This document shows, piece after piece, positions 20,795 to 30,713 of a DNA stretch of 64,000 nucleotides. Position numbers and translations under genes: made by a program. The stretch comes from Planctomycetota bacterium (GTDB lineage: Bacteria > Planctomycetota > Planctomycetia > Pirellulales > Pirellulaceae): NCBI GenBank assembly GCA_963204915.1, contig CAUJHS010000083.1, forward strand, positions 10,130 through 74,129, written 5' to 3'. The notes under the pieces were generated by a model. It did no database searches. It was not told where the DNA came from and saw only the letters and a list, made by a program, of their open reading frames with translations. The first letter of the stretch is position 1. Each line of letters starts with the position of its first letter.

Positions 20795-21193
20795 CTAAAC
20801 CTCCCTATCAAGAAATTTGACGCATTGCATTCTCAGTACAGTTTTCTTCACAACCCAGTGCAACGGAGCGCAAACGCTCGGCTCGGGACAGGTCTCCGAC
20901 AGCGTGCGGAAGTTCCGCATTTCGAACAGGTCCAGGGCGATCACCACGGGCTTCTGTTTCCACCGCTTGGACTTCAGCAGTTCGCGGATCACACCTCTCA
21001 TGGCGTCGCGCGCCTCAACCCGCGGATTCGCGGAAAAACGCCAACAGCGCTTGTTTCCAGGCTTGGCCCAGACGCCCAACAACCGCCGACCAATCTCCGA
21101 CAAGGAAACGCGACCCACGTCTCGGGCGGCTCCCACCAAGTCCGCCAAGGTATTCGCCTGGCTGGAAAGCCGTCCTGCCGCGATACTCCACAC
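20795..21193 (-). CDS. Hypothetical protein. The region 20730-21560 contains overlapping ORFs in several frames and is ambiguous.
   Basis: ORF track only. Confidence 0.25.
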   Translation of the reverse strand: MWSIAAGRLSSQANTLADLVGAARDVGRVSLSEIGRRLLGVWAKPGNKRCWRFSANPRVEARDAMRGVIRELLKSKRWKQKPVVIALDLFEMRNFRTLSETCPEPSVCAPLHWVVKKTVLRMQCVKFLDREV

Positions 21194-21573
21194 TCAACTC
21201 GATGCTTCCTTCCGATTCATGGCCGTCCCTCCGTTTTCTGGGGGCTACTCAATATCAACCCTTGACCGGAAAACGTTGGTTGAGGGACCGCCAGTTTTTT
21301 TGCGGTCATGCTTCACTCGAGATAAGTCAGGCCTTCGACCGGTTGATCACGACAACAATTCGGCAAACACTATTGCCAGCCGTGAAGGTTGTTGCAGAGC
21401 CCAGGCAGTGGCATGGCTCGCGCCAACGCCCTCTGCGTGGCGTCTTCAACGCCGTAAACCGTGAAACGATCCATGCGGCCATCGAGACTGCTCCAAGGGG
21501 TCGGTCCTGCCAATCGCCGCCAAGAACAAACCATTAGCAAGCCCAAGCTCCTTCTTTACAAGGTCTTGACGTT

Positions 21574-24051
21574 ATGCACTATCCGCTGGCGAGATACGTT
21601 CTGTGGGGGATCATCGTGGTCGGCGCGGCGCCGGTGGCGGCGCAAGAGGTGGAGGTTGTAAGCCAAGTCGAAGGGCAACCTCTCGCCGCGAATATCCAGC
21701 GGGTTATCGAAACGCTCGAATTCCTGGGAGCTCCGTTGCCCAGACCGCTTGTCGAGGATCTGAAGCAGGCGGGCGAGCAACGGGATGGAGCGCAGCTCCA
21801 AACGCTGCTTGATCGCCATGTTGTGTTTGTCGTCACGATCAACCCCGAAGTGCGCGTGAAAGTGCATCGCGGTCCAGGAGAGGCGAAAGTGCAGCAAGCC
21901 GGCTTTTCGCCGCTGGTCGTGAAGGTCATCAATCAAAGCACCGTGGCGAAACCGTTGCGGATCCGCAGCCCGCAAGCCGGCCCCGTCTATGCTGGGGCGG
22001 CCCTGGCGATTCTCAAGCGGCAAGCGCAAACCGAGCTTAACCACGACGAGAACAGCGACAAGCGAACCGACCGTTTCCTAAGTGTCGAAATGTTTCAAAG
22101 TCCTCCCATGACTCCGCACTTGAGTGGTTTGGACGTCGAATACGCCATCGCCCTGATTGCGAGTCAGGAGTCTGGCAAGCGAGAAGCGACCATTCAATTC
22201 GATGTCGGTCAAGGGACCCAAGATATTGGCTTTCGCAATGAAGCCCCGGTGCTCCTTGATGTCCGCAAGGCGATTCCCGTCACGCTGGCGATCCGTGACT
22301 TCGACGGCCAGCCAACCGCCGCGCGTTTGACGTTTCGTGATCAGGCGGGACGCGTTTATCCGCCGCAGGCCAAGCGACTCGCTCCTGATTTCTTCTTCCA
22401 ACCGCAAATCTACCGGCACGATGGGGGCGCCGTGTTATTGCCCCCGGAGAAGTTTGTTGTGGAGTTTAGCCGCGGACCCGAGTACGTCGATCAGCAGTTG
22501 GCATTTGAGGTTCCGCCTTCGGGCCCGGCGAAGCTCGAGCTGAATTTGCAGCGCTGGATTCATCCCATGCAGTGGGGCTTTTATTGCGGCGATCATCACA
22601 TCCATGGAGCCGGCTGTTCGCACTACGACATGCCAACCCAAGGCGTGGGGCCAGAAGATATGTTTGCGCAAGTGAAGGGCGAGGGACTGAACGTCGGCTG
22701 CGTGCTGACGTGGGGGCCCTGCTTTGAGTTCCAGCGGAGGTTCTTCGACCCCGAGGCGCATAATCTCAGCGAGAAACTGACGCTGTTAAAATACGACCTG
22801 GAAATCAGCGGGTTCGGATCGCAGGCTCTAGGACATGTCTGTTTGTTGAATCTCAAGAATCAGGTCTACCCCGGTTCGGACGGCGCCAAGGACAAGGGCT
22901 GGCCGACGTGGACCGTTCCGGTGCTCAAATGGTGCAAGGATCAAGGAGGAGTAACGGGTTATCCGCATTCGGCTTTGCACGTTAATCCCGACGCCGCAGC
23001 CCAACTGCTGCTTGAGCAGTGGGATCAGGATCGAGACGAAAGTCTGGGCATTGCCGAATGCGCCGCGGCGCTGTTGCCCTTCGATTTCACGGCGATCGAT
23101 GAAGATCGGAATGAACGGCTGAGCGAAGGCGAGTTAACGGCAAGTTTGTCGCGAGCCGCCGACCAACTCCCGAACCTGGCGATTCCCGACATGCGCGGCG
23201 GCGGGGCCCTGGAAATTTGCGTCAGCACCGCCGAGGGCGTGTGTGATTTCATCAGCGCTATGGACACCGCGCGGATTCCCGAATGGAACACCTGGTACCA
23301 TTTGATGAATTGCGGTTTCCCTCTCAAAGTAAGTGGCGAAACAGATTTTCCTTGCATGAGCAGCCGTCGTGTGGGTCAAGGTCGGGTTTATGTTCGGCTG
23401 GGCGACGTGGATCAGCTCGACTTCACGGCTTGGTGCAATGGTTTGCGTGACGGGCGCTCTTACGTTTCGGACGGCTACGCCCATGCGCTGGAATTCGCGG
23501 TGAATGGCGTACGTCCTGGCGAAGGGACGGTGCGCCTCACCCGAGCCGCACCGATCAAGGTCCAGGCGTCGGTGGCGTTCGCGCCAAAAACACCTGTGGG
23601 AGTCGCGTATGGCACGCAAACGACTCCGTTGGGGCGCCGGATGCTCGGAGACACGGTCGAACTTCACGCGCCTCGCTCGGCGGAACTGGTTCAAGGCGGC
23701 GATCGTATCGTGGAACTCGTCGTCAATGGTCGAACCGTCGCGACTCGCGCCATTCCTGCCGATGGAGAAGTCCATGATCTGGAATTCGAGGCGGAAATCG
23801 ACCAAAGCAGTTGGGTGGCCTTGCGACATTTCCCGGAGCTACATACCAACCCGGTTACGGTTCTCGTCGGCGATCGACCCATTCGTGCTTCCCGAGACAG
23901 CGCTCGCTGGTGCATGGAGGTCATTCACCAGCTATGGAACGTGCGACACAAATATATTGCCGAGGCCGAACGTCCCGCCGCACGCGCCGCCTATGACCGT
24001 GCGCTGCAGCGGTTTGAAAAGATCGCCGCAGAATCGACAAACGACCGTTGA
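21574..24051 (+). CDS. Secreted multidomain protein: signal peptide, predicted metal-dependent hydrolase core ('CGDHHIHGAGCSHYD', CehA/McbA/PHP-like) and an EF-hand-like calcium loop ('DEDRNERLSEGEL')
   Basis: Translation motifs; N-terminal hydrophobic signal 'VLWGIIVVGAAPVAAQ'. Confidence 0.7.
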   Translation: MHYPLARYVLWGIIVVGAAPVAAQEVEVVSQVEGQPLAANIQRVIETLEFLGAPLPRPLVEDLKQAGEQRDGAQLQTLLDRHVVFVVTINPEVRVKVHRGPGEAKVQQAGFSPLVVKVINQSTVAKPLRIRSPQAGPVYAGAALAILKRQAQTELNHDENSDKRTDRFLSVEMFQSPPMTPHLSGLDVEYAIALIASQESGKREATIQFDVGQGTQDIGFRNEAPVLLDVRKAIPVTLAIRDFDGQPTAARLTFRDQAGRVYPPQAKRLAPDFFFQPQIYRHDGGAVLLPPEKFVVEFSRGPEYVDQQLAFEVPPSGPAKLELNLQRWIHPMQWGFYCGDHHIHGAGCSHYDMPTQGVGPEDMFAQVKGEGLNVGCVLTWGPCFEFQRRFFDPEAHNLSEKLTLLKYDLEISGFGSQALGHVCLLNLKNQVYPGSDGAKDKGWPTWTVPVLKWCKDQGGVTGYPHSALHVNPDAAAQLLLEQWDQDRDESLGIAECAAALLPFDFTAIDEDRNERLSEGELTASLSRAADQLPNLAIPDMRGGGALEICVSTAEGVCDFISAMDTARIPEWNTWYHLMNCGFPLKVSGETDFPCMSSRRVGQGRVYVRLGDVDQLDFTAWCNGLRDGRSYVSDGYAHALEFAVNGVRPGEGTVRLTRAAPIKVQASVAFAPKTPVGVAYGTQTTPLGRRMLGDTVELHAPRSAELVQGGDRIVELVVNGRTVATRAIPADGEVHDLEFEAEIDQSSWVALRHFPELHTNPVTVLVGDRPIRASRDSARWCMEVIHQLWNVRHKYIAEAERPAARAAYDRALQRFEKIAAESTNDR

Positions 24052-24076
24052 AGTGAACCGTGAACCATCCGCTGTG

Positions 24077-27000
24077 TCACTTGGGCCGCAAGGGAGGCAG
24101 TACCGCCGTGAGAGACAGCGAAACGGCGGCGTCGCTACCAATTACGGGAAGTTGGAAAACAGCCTGGAGGCGGCGGGGAGTATCGAGCAAGATCGCCTCG
24201 CCGCTCACCAGTACGTGCTGTACGGAACGATTGGCGGCGTCGTCCGCGCCGCCGATGTAGTTCTGAAGCCAACGCTGCAACAATTCTTGACACGTCTTGG
24301 GGTCGTCGTGACACCGTAGCCAGGAACTCGCTAAGAGAACGAGGTGCTGCATGACGCGCGCCGCGGCCAAGAGCGGCGTCGCGGAAATGGCATGAAGGTG
24401 GTGCAGCGATCCTTGCGACGCCTTCAAAGTGAGCAGATTCACGGACGCGCCGGTTTCATTCGCGGCGCCTGTCGAAGGGCGAAACCAACCGTTTCGGGCG
24501 AACGAATCGGCCGCCTCGATCGCCAATCGCCAGATAGAATTAATCTCCCCACGTTCGCCTCCTTGATTCGCGAACGCCTCGTTGGACTTCGTCAAGGTTA
24601 AGATCGCGAACTGGAACGCTGGATCGACGCCCGCGGCCTGCCAGGCCGGTCCGAGATGCGAAGTTGTTGCTGGCAGATTGTGCGGCAATTCCTCCCTGCG
24701 ATCCTTACCGATCCACGCCGGCGCGAGTTCAACCACCACAGGACAACACATCGCGGCGGCGGCTCGCGCCAAATCGAGCAACAGTTCGCCGCCTGGCGGA
24801 TCGGGAGTAATGGGAAAGTCCGCAACTAACAGTCCTGGAGGCGTTCGTTGGGCGTGTCCCGCCAGGTACAAAGTTTGATAAAGGCGAGTTTCGTGAAGAG
24901 CCGATGCTCCGCGGAGATCCGCCTGCAATTCATCACGGCACACGTTCAGCATGCGAACCCGCAAGAGCGCCCCAGTCTCGGCTTGCGAGACGAGTTCATG
25001 CAGACCCCGCCACGCCGGAAGATTGCGCAGCGCATTCTCAAGCGAGAGACCGGGCTGTAGCTCCGCAAAACGTTCACCCAGCGAGTCGCGATCTACGTCG
25101 CGCCGCCGCTGCTCCCACGAAATCGCGCCTTGGCAAGTTGTTTCTCCCTGCGGTCCGCGAGAAAAATCCGCTACGGCGACAATCGTGAATGGCAATTCAA
25201 CGCGTTCGATTGCGCCGGACTCGTCAATCGGCACAAACATGCCCACACGAGGGGCGCGCACACGTTGAAGTCGCGAGGCGATCGACGCGCGTCCCGCCCT
25301 GTGCTCGGCATCCTTGGGGGACGATTGTTTCGCGGGGGCGGCGATGCTGGGGGCAAGCGGCGACGACTCGTCAAGCGGCGGCGTCAAGGTCTCTGTCGGC
25401 TCCTGAGTTTCGGGCAGTGGGGTTTTGTCCGCATGACCACCTTTCCCGTGCGTAAAGAGGCCGGCCAACCGGCCGAAGAATCCGCCGCGGCGAGGAGGCG
25501 CGGCTTCGCGCGAGGCGCTACGCCACATGGGCGGCGAGATTGCACCACGCGGCGCTGAGATCATGCCGTCCGAGGCTTTCGAATCGAGGGTAGGGGAGAT
25601 TTCGCTGGCGCCCTGACGGCGAGGCGCGGCCGCGTCCGTGTCGGTCACGCTTTCCGGCGTTTCATACGTCGCGGCAAGGCGCTGGAACTCGCTGCGTGCG
25701 AGGTTCCTAGGCGGCAAGCCGCGCACTGGATCACTGGGGAACGGCGTTTGCCAGTAAACGGGACGAATCCAGTCGCGGCGGTTCAGTGAGAGTGCGAATT
25801 CGCATTCTTCCTGCACCAGCCGCGAGTTCATGGCGTGCGCCGACCAGAAAAGCTGAAACACATCGGCGCCGCGAATTAGCTCCTGCAACTCTTGACCAAT
25901 CCGCCCTTGTGCGCGCAGCGCGCGGCACTCAGATAGATATTCATCGCCCAAGACCCGCGCGTAGTTTTCGAACTGGTGCACGATCGACCGATCGTTCTCT
26001 GCAAAGGCTGGGTAGATGCGGCGAAACCGGCGAGCGGCCACCGTTTCAGTTTGAGCTGCGCTTCCATCATCGGGGGCGACCGCCTCGACGCGAAAAGCAA
26101 GCGGAATCTCGGCGATCAAAATACTTCCCAGAAAGACGCTCATCCGGCCCTGGATACGTTGGCTTTCCCGAGCCGCCGGCGCCCGCATGCGAAACTCCTC
26201 GCGATGCACCGATTCACGCCACATAAAGGTGCGCTGCGGCGGATTGAATTCGATGCCTCGGGCGGTGGGGAGGAATGTCAACTCGCCTTCATGGGGAATC
26301 GGCTCACTGCTGTCTTGCCGGACATCAGCGTAGTCCCCGACCTGTTCGCCCAAGATGCGCTCCGCCTGACGTTGGATTTCCTCCAGAGGATCCGGTTGGT
26401 CGGATCGTGCATCCTTGGGAAGTTCGGCCAAATGGGCGAAAGCCAGAAGCAAATACCATCGCGCGGGCTGCACCGATTTGGGCCGAAAAACCGTGAACTG
26501 CACATTGTCGTCGCAAGCGCGGTCGAACGATTGGAGCAAATCGGGCCGTGGCGGCGGGGGGGCAAAACCGACGAGAGGCGAAATGTGCGAGGTCCGCCGC
26601 GCCAGCGCCGCGTGCAACGCCTCCGCCAAGTCACGGGCCGTCGCATACCGATGGGCGATTGACTTGTGCAGGCATCGTAAACAGATTTCCTCCAGATCGC
26701 GGGGGATCCGATCGTCGATCATCCGGCAGGGCTTCGGCTCGCGATGCTCGATCTGCTCAAGAACATCCTGCAAAGTCTTGCCAAAAAAGGGACGACGACG
26801 TGTCAGCAGCTCATACAGCACTACGCCCAAGGCCCAAATGTCGGTGCGGCCGTCCATACAATGCGCCTCGCCGCGCACCTGTTCGGGCGCCATATAAGCA
26901 GGCGTGCCGGAAATCTCCCCACGTCGCCAGGCCTGTTCGTCCTCGTGCAAAGCCAGGCCGAAGTCGACCAAACACGGTTCGCCCGAGGGCTGCAAAAGAA

Positions 27001-27943
27001 TGTTGGCCGGCTTGATGTCGCGATGTACGAGCCCGTGCAGATGGGCATGATGCACAGCCTCCGCCACAGCGGCGACAATCCGCGCCGATTCGGCGAAGGG
27101 CAGCGGCCCGGCTTCGCAATGGGTCTTCAGGTCGACGCCTTCAATCAGCTTCGACGCCATAAAACAGTAGCCGTCGCTGGTTCGCCCGGCATGGTACACC
27201 GGCACGATGCCTGGGTGGTCCAGCTGGGCCAAGCGGCGCGCCTCGGCTAGATAGGCTTGAATCTCTTCCTCGGTGGCGGCCAGGCGGCGATGCGGCACCT
27301 TAATCGCCACGCGTCGTTCTAACACAAGATCGAACGCCCGATAAACGACGCCGAACGCCCCTTGTCCTAACAGAGCTTCGAGGCGGTAGCCCGGAATCTT
27401 AGGAACGAAGTCCTCGCTGTCGTCCTGCCGATCCGCAAGCGGCGAGTGGCCTCCGCCCTGTTCCGGCGCGTCAAGAAGACGAGTTTCATCGGCGGAAGCA
27501 AGCCTCAATTTGCGAGAATGCGAGGCTCTGCCAAGAACATGACGAAGCTCATCGCATGCCGCCGAAGGAAGCATCGAAAAGCGCGCGAGGAAGGCCTCCA
27601 CCTCCACGCGTTCGCCGTGCTGCTCACGATAACCGAACTCTTCAAGAATCAACCATCCGATGTGCCACGTTTCGCTCGCCAGCGCGGGACACGCCGCCAG
27701 ATAGTCTTCGACCAAACGGGGACGTTCTCCTCGCCATTGACAATGCTGATCAATCAGGAACGCATCGCCCCAGTCCCGCGGGGTTGCAGCGGGAAAACCT
27801 CTCAAATACGCGATTACGTCGGGCGGCCCGGTGAAGCGGTCACACAATTCGCAGTACCCCTGCGCGATCACCCCGCGCGGCGGTTTTTCAAGCCACAAGT
27901 CCAGGGATTCGGGAAGCATGGATGACGAATTGTCGGGCGTCAC
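24077..27943 (-). CDS. 1288-aa multidomain protein in one ORF. Parts: N-terminal domain; Ser/Thr kinase ('LGQGAFGVVYRA', 'VAIKV', 'HRDIKPANILL', 'DFGLA', 'GTPAYMAPE'); TIR-like domain (~25650-26000; 'DVFQLFWSAHAMNSRLVQEECEFAL'); Pro/Ser/Thr-rich linker; C-terminal type-VI-secretion sheath-like module (~24080-25270) comprising TssB/VipA-like ('VELPFTIVAVADFSRG...RRRDVDRDSLGERFAELQP') fused to TssC/VipB-like ('LPAWRGLHELV...LRVRMLNVCRDELQADL...LYQTLY...PPGLLVADF...AAAAMCCPVVVELAP...SFARNGWF...LLQRWLQNYIGG')
   Basis: Continuous ORF in the track; motif-level alignment to kinase subdomains and to conserved blocks of VipA and VipB. Confidence 0.85.
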   Translation of the reverse strand: MTPDNSSSMLPESLDLWLEKPPRGVIAQGYCELCDRFTGPPDVIAYLRGFPAATPRDWGDAFLIDQHCQWRGERPRLVEDYLAACPALASETWHIGWLILEEFGYREQHGERVEVEAFLARFSMLPSAACDELRHVLGRASHSRKLRLASADETRLLDAPEQGGGHSPLADRQDDSEDFVPKIPGYRLEALLGQGAFGVVYRAFDLVLERRVAIKVPHRRLAATEEEIQAYLAEARRLAQLDHPGIVPVYHAGRTSDGYCFMASKLIEGVDLKTHCEAGPLPFAESARIVAAVAEAVHHAHLHGLVHRDIKPANILLQPSGEPCLVDFGLALHEDEQAWRRGEISGTPAYMAPEQVRGEAHCMDGRTDIWALGVVLYELLTRRRPFFGKTLQDVLEQIEHREPKPCRMIDDRIPRDLEEICLRCLHKSIAHRYATARDLAEALHAALARRTSHISPLVGFAPPPPRPDLLQSFDRACDDNVQFTVFRPKSVQPARWYLLLAFAHLAELPKDARSDQPDPLEEIQRQAERILGEQVGDYADVRQDSSEPIPHEGELTFLPTARGIEFNPPQRTFMWRESVHREEFRMRAPAARESQRIQGRMSVFLGSILIAEIPLAFRVEAVAPDDGSAAQTETVAARRFRRIYPAFAENDRSIVHQFENYARVLGDEYLSECRALRAQGRIGQELQELIRGADVFQLFWSAHAMNSRLVQEECEFALSLNRRDWIRPVYWQTPFPSDPVRGLPPRNLARSEFQRLAATYETPESVTDTDAAAPRRQGASEISPTLDSKASDGMISAPRGAISPPMWRSASREAAPPRRGGFFGRLAGLFTHGKGGHADKTPLPETQEPTETLTPPLDESSPLAPSIAAPAKQSSPKDAEHRAGRASIASRLQRVRAPRVGMFVPIDESGAIERVELPFTIVAVADFSRGPQGETTCQGAISWEQRRRDVDRDSLGERFAELQPGLSLENALRNLPAWRGLHELVSQAETGALLRVRMLNVCRDELQADLRGASALHETRLYQTLYLAGHAQRTPPGLLVADFPITPDPPGGELLLDLARAAAAMCCPVVVELAPAWIGKDRREELPHNLPATTSHLGPAWQAAGVDPAFQFAILTLTKSNEAFANQGGERGEINSIWRLAIEAADSFARNGWFRPSTGAANETGASVNLLTLKASQGSLHHLHAISATPLLAAARVMQHLVLLASSWLRCHDDPKTCQELLQRWLQNYIGGADDAANRSVQHVLVSGEAILLDTPRRLQAVFQLPVIGSDAAVSLSLTAVLPPLRPK

Positions 27944-28902
27944 AAATTACGAATCCATCCTACGGTGAAGATGCTGATCCTGCGCAAGTAGACAACGGAC
28001 ACGAGAGGTTCCGGGTGTGACGATTCATTATCTGCCCGCCGCGGACTGAAAACAACTTCCAATCGTTCTGATCGACCCACAGTTTATTCGTTCCTGACAT
28101 GGTTTTCCACGCGGCCTTTGATGCTGCCGGCCGCATGTGCCGTGCCAAAAAACTTGCGTACATGATAAGGACCTGGGTTGAGACCGCTTTCAGAGCGTCA
28201 TGCTTTGTTGACGAGTTGGTTCAACGAACCATGGCTCCGTCGATGGACTAGGTCTATTGGAAATGCGATCGCTCGGCGTTTGGCGCGGACGACTCAGGCA
28301 AGACGCGGCGTTTTGCGGGCAAGCTGACGGGCTTGACCTGCAGACCTATCGACTCGCAATCATGACCTCGGTTCCACACGGTGCAGCGACCGGAATGAGC
28401 GGGCAATTCGACCATCAGTCTTGAGCTTGCCGGCGCGTCCGGCGAACTGACGCTCCTACAATTCGTTCGTCGCAATTCGTTCGGCAACCACGGATTTTGT
28501 CCCAGACGATGGCTCTTAACCTAGCGCGGGTGATTGTCAACGAATAGCTTTCTGCTCCGCGCAAGCGTTGCCATCCGCGGAACGCTGCCCACGGCTTCTT
28601 CGGCCACGCCCTCACTTCGCGGCCACGATCGGACATAGCCCGCCCTGCGTTAATGGCGCCATTACGTCGGCCCCAACGCGCCTGGTCGAACTAGCGCGGG
28701 TTGCTTGTCCGCGTCGTGGGTCCTAAACTGGCGGGGCTCATGGCTGGCGCGTCGCTGCCCCCTAGCGCCCTCGCTCCGCGATTTCGTTAAGTCCATCGAC
28801 AAATACCTCCTGCTCCCAATTCAGACCAACACGCATAATCCTTTTTTCTCGAGGGTGTGAAAGCATTGAAGTCAGTTCGTTCGACGATGGAGGGCTCGCC
28901 CC

Positions 28903-30486
28903 ATGGCGGATGACTTGATGGTGTTTCGTGGCATCCGCTTCGCACGGGCTGAACGTTTCCGGCCGCCAGAGCCGATCCCGTTAACGGAGATGCCTTCACC
29001 CGGGGGACACTACGGCTCGCCGGCCCCCCAGAACCCAGACCCGCTCGACTACATGTGGGGCGAGGCCCTGGCTCCGGGCGATGAGGACTGCCTGACGCTC
29101 AACATTTGGACCCCGGCGGCCGACGACGCTCGCCGCCCGGTCATGGTCTACATCCACGGCGGAGCGTTCATTATCGGCTCCGGGCGGTGGGGCTGGTACG
29201 AAGGCACGAGATTGGTCCAACGAGAGCAAGTCGTCCTCGTGACCATCAACTATCGGCTCGGGGCGTTCGGGTTCCTCGACCTGAGCGGCGCTGGCGACCC
29301 CAAGTACTCTTCGGCGTCGAACTGTGGGCTGCTGGATCAGATCGCGGCCCTCCAATGGGTGAAGCAGCATATCGACCGGTTCGGAGGCGCTCCCGATCGC
29401 GTGACGGTGTTTGGTGAGTCCGCGGGGGGTATCAGCATCAGTTGCTTGCTCGCCTGTCCCCAAGCTCGCGGGTTATTCCGACGGGCAATCTCCATGAGCG
29501 GTCCGCCGAGCATGGTCCGGTCCAGGGAGTTCGCCCGCAGCGTCACCGAGAAGTTGATGCGGTTCGCGAGAGTCGACTCGGCCGATAAGCTCGTGATGTT
29601 GCCGGCGGCGAAACTCCTGGCCGCCCAGGAAAAGACGATCCGTAGCGCGGACTTCCTCGGAGAGTTGCTGTACGCGCCTACGATCGACGGGGATGTCCTC
29701 CCCAAGCCGCCGCTGCATGCGATCCGGGACGGCAGCGCGGCCGATGTCACGCTCCTGACCGGGACCACGTTAGACGAGGCGCGCCTCTGGAGCCTGTACA
29801 ACCCGATCCTCCGAATACTGCCCTTGGGAACATTAGGCCGCTGGTTCCGATCGCTCGGACTTGATCCGCGAGCCGTCCGCGCAGCCTATCGCTAAGCCAG
29901 GCCCGAGTTGGGGTTGGGTCAGTTAGCGATGGCGGTAGTCGGGGACTCTCTGTTCTGGCTACCGCAGATTCGCCTGGCGGAAGCACAGGCCGCGCATCGG
30001 CAGGATACCCGAATGTATCTCATCACGTGGCAGACGCCGGTTCTCGGCGGACGGCTTGGCGCTCCGCACGCCGTTGAGGAGCCGATGATATTTGCCAACC
30101 TCGACGCCAACGGCGCGAAGTACATGATTGGGGATCGGCCGGAGCAGTTGGCCGACCGAGAGGCATTCTCGCGGGCGATGCAGCGGGCTTGGGCGGCGTT
30201 CGCCCGGACGGGCGACCCGACCCACCCCGGTCTCCCAGACTGGCCGACGTATGATGTCGTCGGACGCGCCACGATGATCCTGAGCCGCAAACCTCGTGTC
30301 GAGAACGACCCGCTTTCGTCAATCCGCCGGACGTGGGACGAGTTGCCGTTCGATGGGGTCCATCCCGCCTGCGAGGAAATGCCCCCGATTGCCGACATCA
30401 CTCGCTACTTAGCGGTGCGCGGTGTGCTTGGCCTCGCCGTGGCCGTGTTGGTCGGAGCAGCGACATGGCTCTGGCTGGTTCGCTGA
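28903..30486 (+). pseudogene. Type-B carboxylesterase ('HGGAFIIGS', 'FGESAGG' nucleophile elbow), split by an in-frame TAA at 29893-29895. The C-terminal part (29896..30486) continues in frame and ends in a hydrophobic helix.
   Basis: ORFs 28903..29895 and 29908..30486 are both frame 1; esterase homology runs across the stop ('VGDSLFWLPQIRLAEAQA'). Confidence 0.7.
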
Positions 30487-30713
30487 GCCGCCGAAATCGG
30501 GCAATCGCGCGGTTAGCCCGGTCTGACCCTCAAACGATCTGGTATGTGGGTCCGCGCGAGGCGGTTCGACGAAACGAAGCAACCTCGGCCATATTTATCC
30601 AATTCGCATCGATGCGTCCGTCTCCGTAAATGAGGGAATCCGGAAGATGCTCTTTCTTCCCAACTGACACAAAGTTTTCTTCAGGCCCATTACGCCGAAA
30701 GCATGGGCGGCGA

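Noticed and set aside
20729-21560. Possible IS200-like or other small mobile-element gene among the overlapping ORFs
   Set aside because: No HUH/Y1 or DDE motifs could be recognised; the ORFs overlap in three frames and are left as unresolved hypothetical sequence.
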